DNA of 64,000 nucleotides from Escherichia coli (GTDB lineage Bacteria; Pseudomonadota; Gammaproteobacteria; Enterobacterales; Enterobacteriaceae): NCBI RefSeq assembly GCF_001677475.2, contig NZ_CP015229.1; one strand, 5' to 3'. Shown piece by piece: positions 11,180 to 19,949 of this stretch (position 1 is its first letter; each line of letters starts with the position of its first letter). The notes under the pieces were generated by a model. It saw only the letters and a program-made list of their open reading frames with translations, ran no database searches and was not told where the DNA came from. The position numbers and the translations under genes were made by a program.

Positions 11180-12124
11180 ATGAGTACACTTGAACCTGCT
11201 GCCCAGCCAAAACCCTTTAAGCTGTGGCTGTCGCAGTTGCAAATGAAGCACGGGCGCAAACTGGTGATTGCGCTGCCCTATATCTGGCTAATCCTGCTGT
11301 TTCTGCTGCCATTTCTGATCGTCTTTAAAATAAGCCTGGCGGAGATGGCGCGCGCCATTCCACCTTATACCGAACTGATGGAGTGGGCTGACGGGCAACT
11401 TTCCATCACTCTTAATCTCGGTAATTTCCTGCAACTGACCGACGATCCGCTCTATTTCGATGCTTATCTCCAGTCGCTACAGGTGGCGGCGATTTCGACT
11501 ATTTGCTGTTTACTGATCGGCTATCCGCTGGCGTGGGCGGTGGCGCACAGTAAGCCTTCGACTCGTAATATCTTATTGCTACTGGTGATCCTGCCGTCGT
11601 GGACCTCGTTTCTGATTCGCGTTTATGCCTGGATGGGAATATTAAAAAATAACGGCGTGCTGAATAATTTTCTGCTGTGGCTGGGGGTTATCGATCAACC
11701 TCTGACCATTCTGCATACCAATCTGGCCGTTTATATTGGCATTGTTTACGCCTATGTGCCGTTTATGGTGCTGCCGATTTATACCGCGTTGATTCGTATT
11801 GATTATTCGCTGGTGGAAGCGGCACTGGATCTCGGTGCACGACCGCTGAAAACGTTCTTTACTGTGATCGTGCCGCTGACCAAAGGCGGGATTATTGCCG
11901 GATCGATGCTGGTGTTTATCCCGGCTGTGGGCGAGTTTGTGATCCCTGAACTGCTCGGTGGCCCGGACAGCATCATGATCGGGCGTGTGCTGTGGCAGGA
12001 GTTCTTTAACAACCGCGACTGGCCGGTGGCCTCGGCGGTAGCGATCATCATGTTGCTGCTGCTAATTGTGCCGATAATGTGGTTCCACAAGCATCAGCAA
12101 AAAAGCGTGGGAGAACACGGATGA
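11180..12124 (+). CDS. potH: Putrescine ABC transporter permease
   Basis: 314-aa hydrophobic ORF following potG. Confidence 0.88.
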   Translation: MSTLEPAAQPKPFKLWLSQLQMKHGRKLVIALPYIWLILLFLLPFLIVFKISLAEMARAIPPYTELMEWADGQLSITLNLGNFLQLTDDPLYFDAYLQSLQVAAISTICCLLIGYPLAWAVAHSKPSTRNILLLLVILPSWTSFLIRVYAWMGILKNNGVLNNFLLWLGVIDQPLTILHTNLAVYIGIVYAYVPFMVLPIYTALIRIDYSLVEAALDLGARPLKTFFTVIVPLTKGGIIAGSMLVFIPAVGEFVIPELLGGPDSIMIGRVLWQEFFNNRDWPVASAVAIIMLLLLIVPIMWFHKHQQKSVGEHG

Positions 12125-12966
12125 ATAATTTACCGGTAGTTCGTTCGCCCTGGCGGATTGTGATTTTGCTGCTGGGCTTCACCTTTCTCTACGCGCCAAT
12201 GCTGATGCTGGTGATCTATTCATTCAACAGCTCGAAGCTGGTGACGGTGTGGGCCGGCTGGTCAACGCGCTGGTATGGCGAATTATTGCGCGATGACGCA
12301 ATGATGAGTGCGGTTGGTTTAAGCCTGACAATTGCGGCCTGTGCGGCGACGGCGGCGGCGATCCTCGGGACGATTGCGGCGGTCGTGCTGGTGCGCTTTG
12401 GCAGGTTTCGCGGATCAAATGGTTTTGCCTTTATGATCACCGCGCCGCTGGTGATGCCAGATGTCATCACGGGCTTGTCGCTATTGTTGTTATTCGTCGC
12501 GCTTGCTCATGCCATTGGCTGGCCTGCGGACCGCGGTATGCTCACCATCTGGCTGGCGCATGTCACTTTCTGTACGGCTTATGTGGCAGTCGTTATTTCG
12601 TCGCGTCTGCGGGAACTGGATAGCTCGATAGAAGAAGCAGCGATGGATCTCGGTGCGACGCCGCTGAAAGTGTTTTTCGTCATTACGCTACCAATGATCA
12701 TGCCCGCGATCATTTCTGGCTGGTTACTGGCTTTTACTTTGTCGCTTGATGATCTGGTGATCGCCAGCTTTGTTTCCGGGCCGGGAGCCACCACGTTACC
12801 GATGCTGGTCTTTTCCAGCGTGCGGATGGGGGTGAATCCGGAAATCAACGCCCTGGCAACATTGATCCTCGGCGCGGTCGGAATTGTCGGATTTATCGCC
12901 TGGTATCTGATGGCGCGCGCAGAAAAACAGCGGATACGCGACATCCAGCGTGCAAGACGTGGCTGA
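12121..12966 (+). CDS. potI: Putrescine ABC transporter permease
   Basis: ATG at 12121 overlaps the potH stop (ATGA); MNNLPVVRSPWRIVILLLGF, 281 aa. Confidence 0.88.
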   Translation: MNNLPVVRSPWRIVILLLGFTFLYAPMLMLVIYSFNSSKLVTVWAGWSTRWYGELLRDDAMMSAVGLSLTIAACAATAAAILGTIAAVVLVRFGRFRGSNGFAFMITAPLVMPDVITGLSLLLLFVALAHAIGWPADRGMLTIWLAHVTFCTAYVAVVISSRLRELDSSIEEAAMDLGATPLKVFFVITLPMIMPAIISGWLLAFTLSLDDLVIASFVSGPGATTLPMLVFSSVRMGVNPEINALATLILGAVGIVGFIAWYLMARAEKQRIRDIQRARRG

Positions 12967-12996
12967 AGACACTAAAATTTGCCAACCTGGCTACAT

Positions 12997-13025
12997 AATG
13001 CCGCGCATGTCGCGGCATTGTTTTC
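12997..13025 (+). terminator. Intrinsic terminator after potI
   Basis: Hairpin AATGCCGCG-catgt-CGCGGCATT followed by GTTTTC. Confidence 0.6.
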
Positions 13026-13514
13026 ATGGAAGACGAAACGTTGGGATTTTTTAAGAAAACATCTTCATCTCATGCTCGCCTGAATGTGCCTGCGCTGGTG
13101 CAGGTGGCGGCGCTCGCCATTATTATGATCCGTGGCCTCGACGTGCTGATGATTTTCAATACGCTGGGCGTGCGCGGTATTGGCGAGTTCATTCATCGCA
13201 GCGTACAAACCTGGAGTTTAACGCTGGTCTTTTTAAGCAGTCTGGTGTTGGTTTTTATTGAGATCTGGTGTGCGTTTTCACTGGTGAAAGGGCGTCGCTG
13301 GGCGCGCTGGCTGTATCTGTTGACACAAATCACGGCCGCAAGTTACTTGTGGGCGGCTTCGCTGGGGTATGGTTATCCGGAGCTGTTCAGCATTCCCGGT
13401 GAATCAAAACGTGAAATCTTCCATAGCCTGATGCTGCAGAAGCTGCCGGATATGCTCATCCTGATGCTGCTGTTCGTTCCCTCGACCAGTCGGCGGTTCT
13501 TCCAGTTGCAATAA
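13026..13514 (+). CDS. ybjO: Inner membrane protein YbjO
   Basis: 162-aa ORF, MEDETLGFFKKTSSSHARLNVPALVQVAALAIIMI. Confidence 0.8.
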   Translation: MEDETLGFFKKTSSSHARLNVPALVQVAALAIIMIRGLDVLMIFNTLGVRGIGEFIHRSVQTWSLTLVFLSSLVLVFIEIWCAFSLVKGRRWARWLYLLTQITAASYLWAASLGYGYPELFSIPGESKREIFHSLMLQKLPDMLILMLLFVPSTSRRFFQLQ

Positions 13515-13554
13515 TGTGTATAATCGTCGCCCCTGATGATGTGAAGGTCAATGT

Positions 13555-14682
13555 ATGCAGTGCGCACTTTACGACGCGGGTCGCTGTCGTTCCTGTCAGT
13601 GGATAACGCAGCCGATTCCAGAGCAACTCTCCGCTAAAACCGCCGATCTTAAAAATCTGCTCGCCGATTTTCCGGTTGAGGAATGGTGCGCGCCGGTGTC
13701 AGGCCCGGAACAAGGGTTTCGTAATAAAGCCAAAATGGTGGTGAGTGGTAGCGTTGAAAAACCACTGCTCGGTATGCTGCATCGAGATGGCACACCGGAA
13801 GACCTTTGTGACTGCCCGCTTTATCCTGCCTCATTTGCGCCCGTTTTTGCGGCGCTAAAACCGTTTATCGCCCGAGCGGGGTTAACGCCCTACAACGTGG
13901 CGCGTAAGCGTGGCGAACTGAAATACATTCTGCTGACTGAAAGCCAGAGCGATGGCGGCATGATGCTGCGCTTTGTACTGCGTTCTGATACCAAGCTGGC
14001 GCAACTGCGTAAGGCGCTGCCGTGGTTACAGGAACAACTACCGCAGCTGAAAGTTATTACCGTCAATATTCAGCCGGTACATATGGCGATTATGGAAGGG
14101 GAGACGGAGATCTACCTGACTGAACAACAGGCGCTGGCAGAGCGTTTTAATGACGTACCGCTGTGGATCCGTCCGCAAAGTTTCTTCCAGACTAATCCGG
14201 CGGTCGCCAGCCAGTTGTACGCCACCGCGCGCGACTGGGTACGACAGCTGCCGGTTAAACATATGTGGGATCTGTTCTGCGGTGTGGGGGGCTTTGGTTT
14301 ACACTGCGCGACGCCTGACATGCAGTTAACCGGGATCGAAATTGCGCCAGAGGCCATTGCCTGTGCAAAGCAGTCAGCTGCTGAACTGGGCTTAACGCGT
14401 CTGCAATTTCAGGCGCTGGACTCCACTCAGTTTGCCACTGCTCAGGGGGAGGTGCCGGAGCTGGTGCTGGTTAACCCGCCGCGCCGCGGCATTGGTAAAC
14501 CGCTGTGTGATTATCTCTCAACGATGGCACCGCGTTTTATCATCTACTCCAGCTGTAACGCCCAAACTATGGCGAAAGATATCCGCGAACTGCCTGGTTA
14601 TCGCATCGAACGGGTACAGCTTTTTGATATGTTCCCGCACACCGCGCACTATGAAGTGCTGACGCTGCTGGTGAAGCAATAA
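13555..14682 (+). CDS. rlmC: 23S rRNA (uracil747-C5)-methyltransferase RlmC (RumB)
   Basis: 375-aa ORF; N-terminal Cys cluster CRSCQ plus SAM-MTase core; [19 protein letters not shown]. Confidence 0.9.
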   Translation: MQCALYDAGRCRSCQWITQPIPEQLSAKTADLKNLLADFPVEEWCAPVSGPEQGFRNKAKMVVSGSVEKPLLGMLHRDGTPEDLCDCPLYPASFAPVFAALKPFIARAGLTPYNVARKRGELKYILLTESQSDGGMMLRFVLRSDTKLAQLRKALPWLQEQLPQLKVITVNIQPVHMAIMEGETEIYLTEQQALAERFNDVPLWIRPQSFFQTNPAVASQLYATARDWVRQLPVKHMWDLFCGVGGFGLHCATPDMQLTGIEIAPEAIACAKQSAAELGLTRLQFQALDSTQFATAQGEVPELVLVNPPRRGIGKPLCDYLSTMAPRFIIYSSCNAQTMAKDIRELPGYRIERVQLFDMFPHTAHYEVLTLLVKQ

Positions 14683-14705
14683 AAAAGCCGCAGGTGCGGC
14701 TTTCT
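14681..14705. terminator. Bidirectional hairpin between convergent rlmC and artJ
   Basis: AAAAAAGCCGCAggtGCGGCTTTCT: stem flanked by A-run and T-rich tail. Confidence 0.6.
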
Positions 14706-14710
14706 GAATC

Positions 14711-15442
14711 TTACTGTGGGAACCACTGGTCATTGATTTTCTGATATGTACCGTCAGCTTTAATTGCTGCCAGCGCATTATTCAGTTTTTCCAGCAGAGC
14801 TTTGTTATCCGGACGTACAGCGATACCCAGGCCGGTGCCGAAGTATTGCGGGTCGGTTACTTTCTCAGTCGCAACGCCCAGTTGCGGATTGGTTTTCAGC
14901 CACTCATTAACTACCGCTGTATCACCAAATACCCCATCAATACGACCATTTTTCAGGTCGATAAATGCATTCTGATAACTGTCATAAGAGACGGTTTTCA
15001 CTTCCGGATGCTGATCCTGAATATATTTCTGGTGGGTAGTGCCGTTTTCCATACCAATACGTTTACCTTTCAGGTCGGCAAAAGTCTTATAGGTATCTTT
15101 TTTGGCAATCACAACGGCTGAGTTTTCGTAATAGGGGGTGGTAAAGGCGACCTGTTTGCTACGTTCCGGGGTGATATCCATACCGGAGATTACGGCGTCA
15201 TATTTTCTGAATTTCAGTGACGGGATCAGGCTGTCGAAAGCGTGATTCGTAAAAGTACATTCTGCCTGCATTTGTTTACACAAGGCTTTTGCCAGGTCGA
15301 TATCAAAGCCGACAATCTCATTATTAGCACCTATAGATTCAAAGGGTGGATAGGTGGCTGAAACGCCAAAATTGATTTTCTCTGCGGCAGAAGCGCCGAA
15401 CGCACAGGATGCCAGTAAAGCGGCAAGAACTAACTTTTTCAT
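14711..15442 (-). CDS. artJ: Arginine ABC transporter periplasmic binding protein
   Basis: ORF trimmed to MKKLVLAALLASCAFGASAAEKINFG, 243 aa; paralog of artI. Confidence 0.9.
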   Translation of the reverse strand: MKKLVLAALLASCAFGASAAEKINFGVSATYPPFESIGANNEIVGFDIDLAKALCKQMQAECTFTNHAFDSLIPSLKFRKYDAVISGMDITPERSKQVAFTTPYYENSAVVIAKKDTYKTFADLKGKRIGMENGTTHQKYIQDQHPEVKTVSYDSYQNAFIDLKNGRIDGVFGDTAVVNEWLKTNPQLGVATEKVTDPQYFGTGLGIAVRPDNKALLEKLNNALAAIKADGTYQKINDQWFPQ

Positions 15443-15500
15443 GATGGAACTCCCGTCTGTCAATCTTATGATTTTTGGCCGTGTCTGCGGCATGGGATAA

Positions 15501-15539
15501 CAATGCCATCAAGTGAATTTATATGCAATAAATATGATT
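15501..15539 (-). promoter_or_regulatory. Candidate tandem ARG boxes (ArgR operator) in the artJ promoter
   Basis: agTGAATttatATgCAat-aaa-tatgattaaataatttaa: two 18-bp AT-rich boxes 3 bp apart, resembling the TnTGAATwwwwATTCAnw consensus. Confidence 0.4.
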
Positions 15540-15563
15540 AAATAATTTAAATGAAATAAAAAA

Positions 15564-15592
15564 AGACGGACAACTTAGTGAGTTGTCCGTCT
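15564..15592 (-). terminator. Intrinsic terminator downstream of artM
   Basis: Hairpin AGACGGACAACttagtgaGTTGTCCGTCT, followed on the minus strand by a U-run. Confidence 0.6.
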
Positions 15593-15616
15593 TCATTATA
15601 AGAATTTATGCACTAT

Positions 15617-15705
15617 GTAGGCCGGATAAGGCGTCCACGCCGCATCCGGCACAGGCACCGTGCTGATGTCTGATGCGACGCTGGCGCGTCTTATCAGACC
15701 TACAA
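15617..15705. repeat. REP/BIME element (two inverted REP units)
   Basis: GTAGGCCGGATAAGGCGTCCACGCCGCATCCGGCAC and GATGCGACGCTGGCGCGTCTTATCAGACCTAC are classic E. coli REP sequences. Confidence 0.85.
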
Positions 15706-15733
15706 ACCCCCCCGGCGAATGTACGCAGCTACA

Positions 15734-16402
15734 TTAATTCCGCCGTTCGAATGCCAGTGCTTTGCGCTCGATCAGACGCATCATCAGCGTCAGCAGGCCG
15801 TTGACGACCAGGTAAATAATCCCTGCCGCACCGAACACCATTACATCGTAGGTGCGTCCGTACAACAACTGGCTGTATCCCATCACTTCCATCAGCGTAA
15901 TGGTGTATGCCAGAGAGGTACTTTTGAACACCAGCACCACTTCGTTGGAATAAGACGAGAGCGAGCGTTTAAAGGCATACGGCAGAAGGATCGCCAGCGT
16001 ATCTTTTTTGCTCATTCCCAGGGCGCTACAGGACTGCCATTGACCTTCCGGGATCGCGCGAATCGCCCCGTAAAACAGCTGCGTGGTATACGCCGCACTG
16101 TTCAGCGACAATGCAATTAGCGCACACAGCCACGGTTCCGACAGCAAATGCCACAGCGCCGGATACTCCTGCAACGTCGGAAACTGGCCCGGCCCGTAAT
16201 AAATCAGGAAGATCTGCACCAGCAGCGGCGTACCGGTAAACAGCGTGATATAACCCCGCACCAGCCACACCAGCACCGGCGTTTTCAGCGTCAGGATGAT
16301 GGTAAAAATCAACGCCAGAATCAGTGCCACAATCAGCGAGGCAACGGTTAGCGTCAGGCTGGTGTGCAGCCCTTTCATCAGTTCGGGTAAATACTCAAAC
16401 AT
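15734..16402 (-). CDS. artM: Arginine ABC transporter permease
   Basis: 222-aa hydrophobic [23 protein letters not shown]. Confidence 0.9.
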   Translation of the reverse strand: MFEYLPELMKGLHTSLTLTVASLIVALILALIFTIILTLKTPVLVWLVRGYITLFTGTPLLVQIFLIYYGPGQFPTLQEYPALWHLLSEPWLCALIALSLNSAAYTTQLFYGAIRAIPEGQWQSCSALGMSKKDTLAILLPYAFKRSLSSYSNEVVLVFKSTSLAYTITLMEVMGYSQLLYGRTYDVMVFGAAGIIYLVVNGLLTLMMRLIERKALAFERRN

Positions 16403-17118
16403 TAGCTGGGCCTCCGCTCAAAACGTGTCGCGCGCAGGTCAATGCGTTTGAGAATGTACTGACTGAGCAGGGTGATCACCAGGTAAATCGCCGCCGCCAC
16501 AATGTACCAGGTAAACGGTTCCTGGGTACGGGTAGCGATGCTTTTGGTTTGCAGCATTAAATCATTCACACTAATCAAACTGACCAGCGCGGTATCTTTC
16601 AGCAGCACCAGCCACTGGTTACCGAGACCCGGCAGCGCATGACGCCACATCTGCGGCATCACCAGACGGAAAAAGATAGCCGATTTCGACAGCCCCAGCG
16701 CCTGACCAGATTCCCACTGGCCCACCGGCACCGCTTTCAGTGCGCCACGCAGGGTTTGTGAAGCATAAGCGGCATACAGCAGTGACAGGGCGATAACCCC
16801 GCAGAGGAACGGACTGACATCGAAGTTTTCAATCTGCATCTGCACCGGGATCTCTACAATCCCAAGATTGATGGTGAAGCCATCCGCAAGCGTCAGCAGT
16901 AACTGCGAGGAGCCAAAATAGATAAACAGCACCACCAGAATTTCTGGCAGGCCACGCAGAATGGTTACCAGCGCTGAACCTGCCCACGCGACAGGACGCC
17001 ATTTTGCCGACTCCCATACCGCAAAGAACATCGCCAGCGCCAGCCCGACAATCAATGCACAAACGGCAAGGCCGACGGTCATCCCGGCGGCGCTTGCTAA
17101 AGGAAAAAATTCATTCAT
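16402..17118 (-). CDS. artQ: Arginine ABC transporter permease
   Basis: 238-aa hydrophobic [22 protein letters not shown]; 1-bp overlap with artM. Confidence 0.9.
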   Translation of the reverse strand: MNEFFPLASAAGMTVGLAVCALIVGLALAMFFAVWESAKWRPVAWAGSALVTILRGLPEILVVLFIYFGSSQLLLTLADGFTINLGIVEIPVQMQIENFDVSPFLCGVIALSLLYAAYASQTLRGALKAVPVGQWESGQALGLSKSAIFFRLVMPQMWRHALPGLGNQWLVLLKDTALVSLISVNDLMLQTKSIATRTQEPFTWYIVAAAIYLVITLLSQYILKRIDLRATRFERRPS

Positions 17119-17124
17119 CAGGAA

Positions 17125-17856
17125 TTACTTCTGGAACCATTTGTTGTAGATGGTTTCGTAAGTGCCATCTTTCTTCACTTTTTCCAGCGCAGTGTTGAGT
17201 TTCTGCTGCAGTTCAGTGTTGCCCTGGCGTACTGCGATGCCGAGGCCAGTACCGAAGTAATCTTTATCGGTCACTTTATCGCCCACTGCCGCCAGTTTCG
17301 GGTTGTCTTTCAGCCACTCGGTGACCACTGCGGTGTCACCAAATACGCTGTCGATACGACCGTTTTGCAGATCCAGTTTTGCGTTCTGGTAGCTGTCATA
17401 CGGCACGGTAGTGATTTCCGGATGCTTATCCATAATGAATTTCTGGTGTGTCGTCCCGTTCTGAACGCCGACTTTTTTGCCTTTCAGCTGATCAACACTG
17501 GTGTATTTGCCTTGCTGACCCACAAACAGGGCAGAGTTGTCATAGTACGGGGTGGTAAACAGCACCTGCTTTTCACGCTCCGGAGTGATATCCATGCCCG
17601 CCATCACTGCTTCTACGCGACGGAATTTCAGGCTTGGGATCAGGCTGTCAAACGCCTGGTTAGAGAAAGTACAGGTTGCATCAATCTCTTTACACAGCGC
17701 CTGTGCCAGGTCGACGTCAAAACCAACGATCTGGTTGTTTGCATCAATCGATTCAAACGGAGGATAGGAGGCTTCGGTAGCAAAACGAATGGTTTCGGCA
17801 GCTGTGGCGGAAAGACTAAAACCTGCAATTAACGCGGCAATCAGAACTTTTTTCAT
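17125..17856 (-). CDS. artI: Arginine ABC transporter periplasmic binding protein
   Basis: 243-aa ORF with signal peptide MKKVLIAALIAGFSLSATAAE; paralog of artJ. Confidence 0.9.
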   Translation of the reverse strand: MKKVLIAALIAGFSLSATAAETIRFATEASYPPFESIDANNQIVGFDVDLAQALCKEIDATCTFSNQAFDSLIPSLKFRRVEAVMAGMDITPEREKQVLFTTPYYDNSALFVGQQGKYTSVDQLKGKKVGVQNGTTHQKFIMDKHPEITTVPYDSYQNAKLDLQNGRIDSVFGDTAVVTEWLKDNPKLAAVGDKVTDKDYFGTGLGIAVRQGNTELQQKLNTALEKVKKDGTYETIYNKWFQK

Positions 17857-17873
17857 TGTTGTTATCCCGAATC

Positions 17874-18602
17874 TTAGTGAGAGAGATAGTTTTTAAATGC
17901 TTCGGTTTGCGGCTCGGTAAAGCAGCTCGCGTCGCCTTGTTCTACGATATGACCGTTTTCCATATACACCACTCGGCTGGCGGTTTTACGCGCCACTTCA
18001 ACTTCGTGGGTGACGATCACCTGGGTAATATTCGTTTCTGCCAGCTCACGAATGATGCTGACGATTTGTGCCGTAATTTCCGGGTCCAGTGCGGCGGTTG
18101 GTTCATCAAACAGCAGTACCTGCGGTTCCATCATTAACGCACGGGCAATAGCAACACGCTGCTGCTGACCACCAGAAAGATGCAGCGGGTAACGATCGCT
18201 ATAAGGTTTGAGACGCAGACGTTCCAGCAGTTTTTCTGCACGGGCCAGCGCCTGATCTTTACTCAACCCCAGTACACGGCAGGGCGCTTCAATCAGGTTT
18301 TGCTGCACGGTCAGATGCGGCCACAGGTTGTATTGCTGAAACACCATGCCAACGTTACGACGCAAATCGCGAATCGCTTTGTCAGAGGGTGTTTTAGTGA
18401 AATCGAAATGGTTGCCTGCAATGTTGAGCGTACCGGAGCGCGGCATCTCAAGCAGATTGAGTACACGCAGCAGCGAGCTTTTACCCGCGCCGCTGGGGCC
18501 AAGTAACACCAGCGTTTCGCCCTGTGGGCAATCCAGCGTGATATCGAACAGCGCCTGATGCGCGCCGTAAAAGCAATTAATGCCGTTTAATTGAATACTC
18601 AT
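17874..18602 (-). CDS. artP: Arginine ABC transporter ATPase
   Basis: ORF trimmed to [20 protein letters not shown]; Walker [18 protein letters not shown]; 242 aa. Confidence 0.9.
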
Positions 18603-18819
18603 TGACACTCGTATACTGGCAGTCTGATAGCTATTGAGGTCGAAGATAGTACCTTTGACAGAATAATTATGCAATATTTCTGCTTTAAAAGTTAAAAGCA
18701 AAGCGCATTATTCAATAAACATAGCACAAAATAACGGGGGCGGTGGTCGGCGAGCATAAATGTCGGCATTCCTCACGAAATGCCGGACAATTTACGGGGT
18801 TTATTGGTTGATCAAGGTG

Positions 18820-19335
18820 TTAGCGATTCTCGATGGACTGACGGAGCGTACCCGCCGTGGCATGAACGCTACCGCCTAAGTAGCGCACATCGTCGATGAC
18901 CCAACACTGGCCTTCCTGAATCATTAACACTTCATCCTGCCAGCCCTGGTCACCCTGTTTGAGATCCACGCGCAATGGAATGTTACGGGCATCACGATTA
19001 GGGATAGTCGATGCACTGGCAACGTGGGCGCTGTCTGGCAAGGTGGTTCGACTGGAGAACGGATCGTTGCTTAACAATTCACGATGACTATTATCGCGGC
19101 TGGCATCGCTAAGTAGGGTTGCCAGTTTGTCACTCAAATAGGGGCGCAGGGCGGTAATGTCATTGCTGCGATGTTGAATGCGGTAGTCATAGAATTGTTG
19201 AGCCACGCTGTCAGGGCCACCCTGGACACAGGAACCGGTGCGGGGGCCGTTATCTTTATAAGCTGGCGTGACGGTGGTACAGGCACTCAACAGCAGTGCA
19301 CATGGAATAAGTAGAGATAGTGAACGGTAGCGCAT
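18820..19335 (-). CDS. ybjP: Lipoprotein YbjP
   Basis: MRYRSLSLLIPCALLLSACTT (lipobox LLSAC), 171 aa. Confidence 0.85.
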   Translation of the reverse strand: MRYRSLSLLIPCALLLSACTTVTPAYKDNGPRTGSCVQGGPDSVAQQFYDYRIQHRSNDITALRPYLSDKLATLLSDASRDNSHRELLSNDPFSSRTTLPDSAHVASASTIPNRDARNIPLRVDLKQGDQGWQDEVLMIQEGQCWVIDDVRYLGGSVHATAGTLRQSIENR

Positions 19336-19949
19336 AATCATTTCCTTATTAGCTTGCTGTCTGCGTCACACTACGACCAAACGTTATCAGATTATTTAAT
19401 ACATTGTTTTTAATACAATTCTGAAACAATCTGAACACCTGATTGGGTTTGAGTCCATTGCTGGCTACCCACTCAAGGTTGCTCGTAGCTGACTTACTTA
19501 AATTACCCAAACAATAGACAGTGTAAACCATTTGTGAGGTTGAGCGTGTTATATGGCTGAAATGATCATTTAAGGTAAATATGATAGTTCTGAAATGGCG
19601 GGATAAATCCTCCTGTAGAGGTTAAGAGCATCTGCAAGAAGCCAGTTTCACATTTATAACGCGTGATAAATGAACGCGGTTATTGTCTAATCATTACAGA
19701 ATTTTTCACATGCAATAAGAGATCCTGCGATTAAGATGATTGCTAAAATTACATTGTATTTTTGAAAATGAGCGAAATTTGATAGTCCCAGCTTTGACTT
19801 TTGATAATATTATATATGCTACAGTTGTGGGTAAAGAATTTAAGCTAATGAGTTTGAGCGAAGAATAAATCAAACTGTATCAGTGTTTCGTTAATTAATA
19901 TGAGTATAAATGCGTTGTGCTTTTATAATAATAAAGCACGAGGAGTTCA

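Noticed and set aside
19349-19531. 60-aa minus-strand ORF in the islet leader
   Set aside because: It has no convincing RBS and an AT-rich, low-complexity translation. Kept only as a note inside the leader finding.
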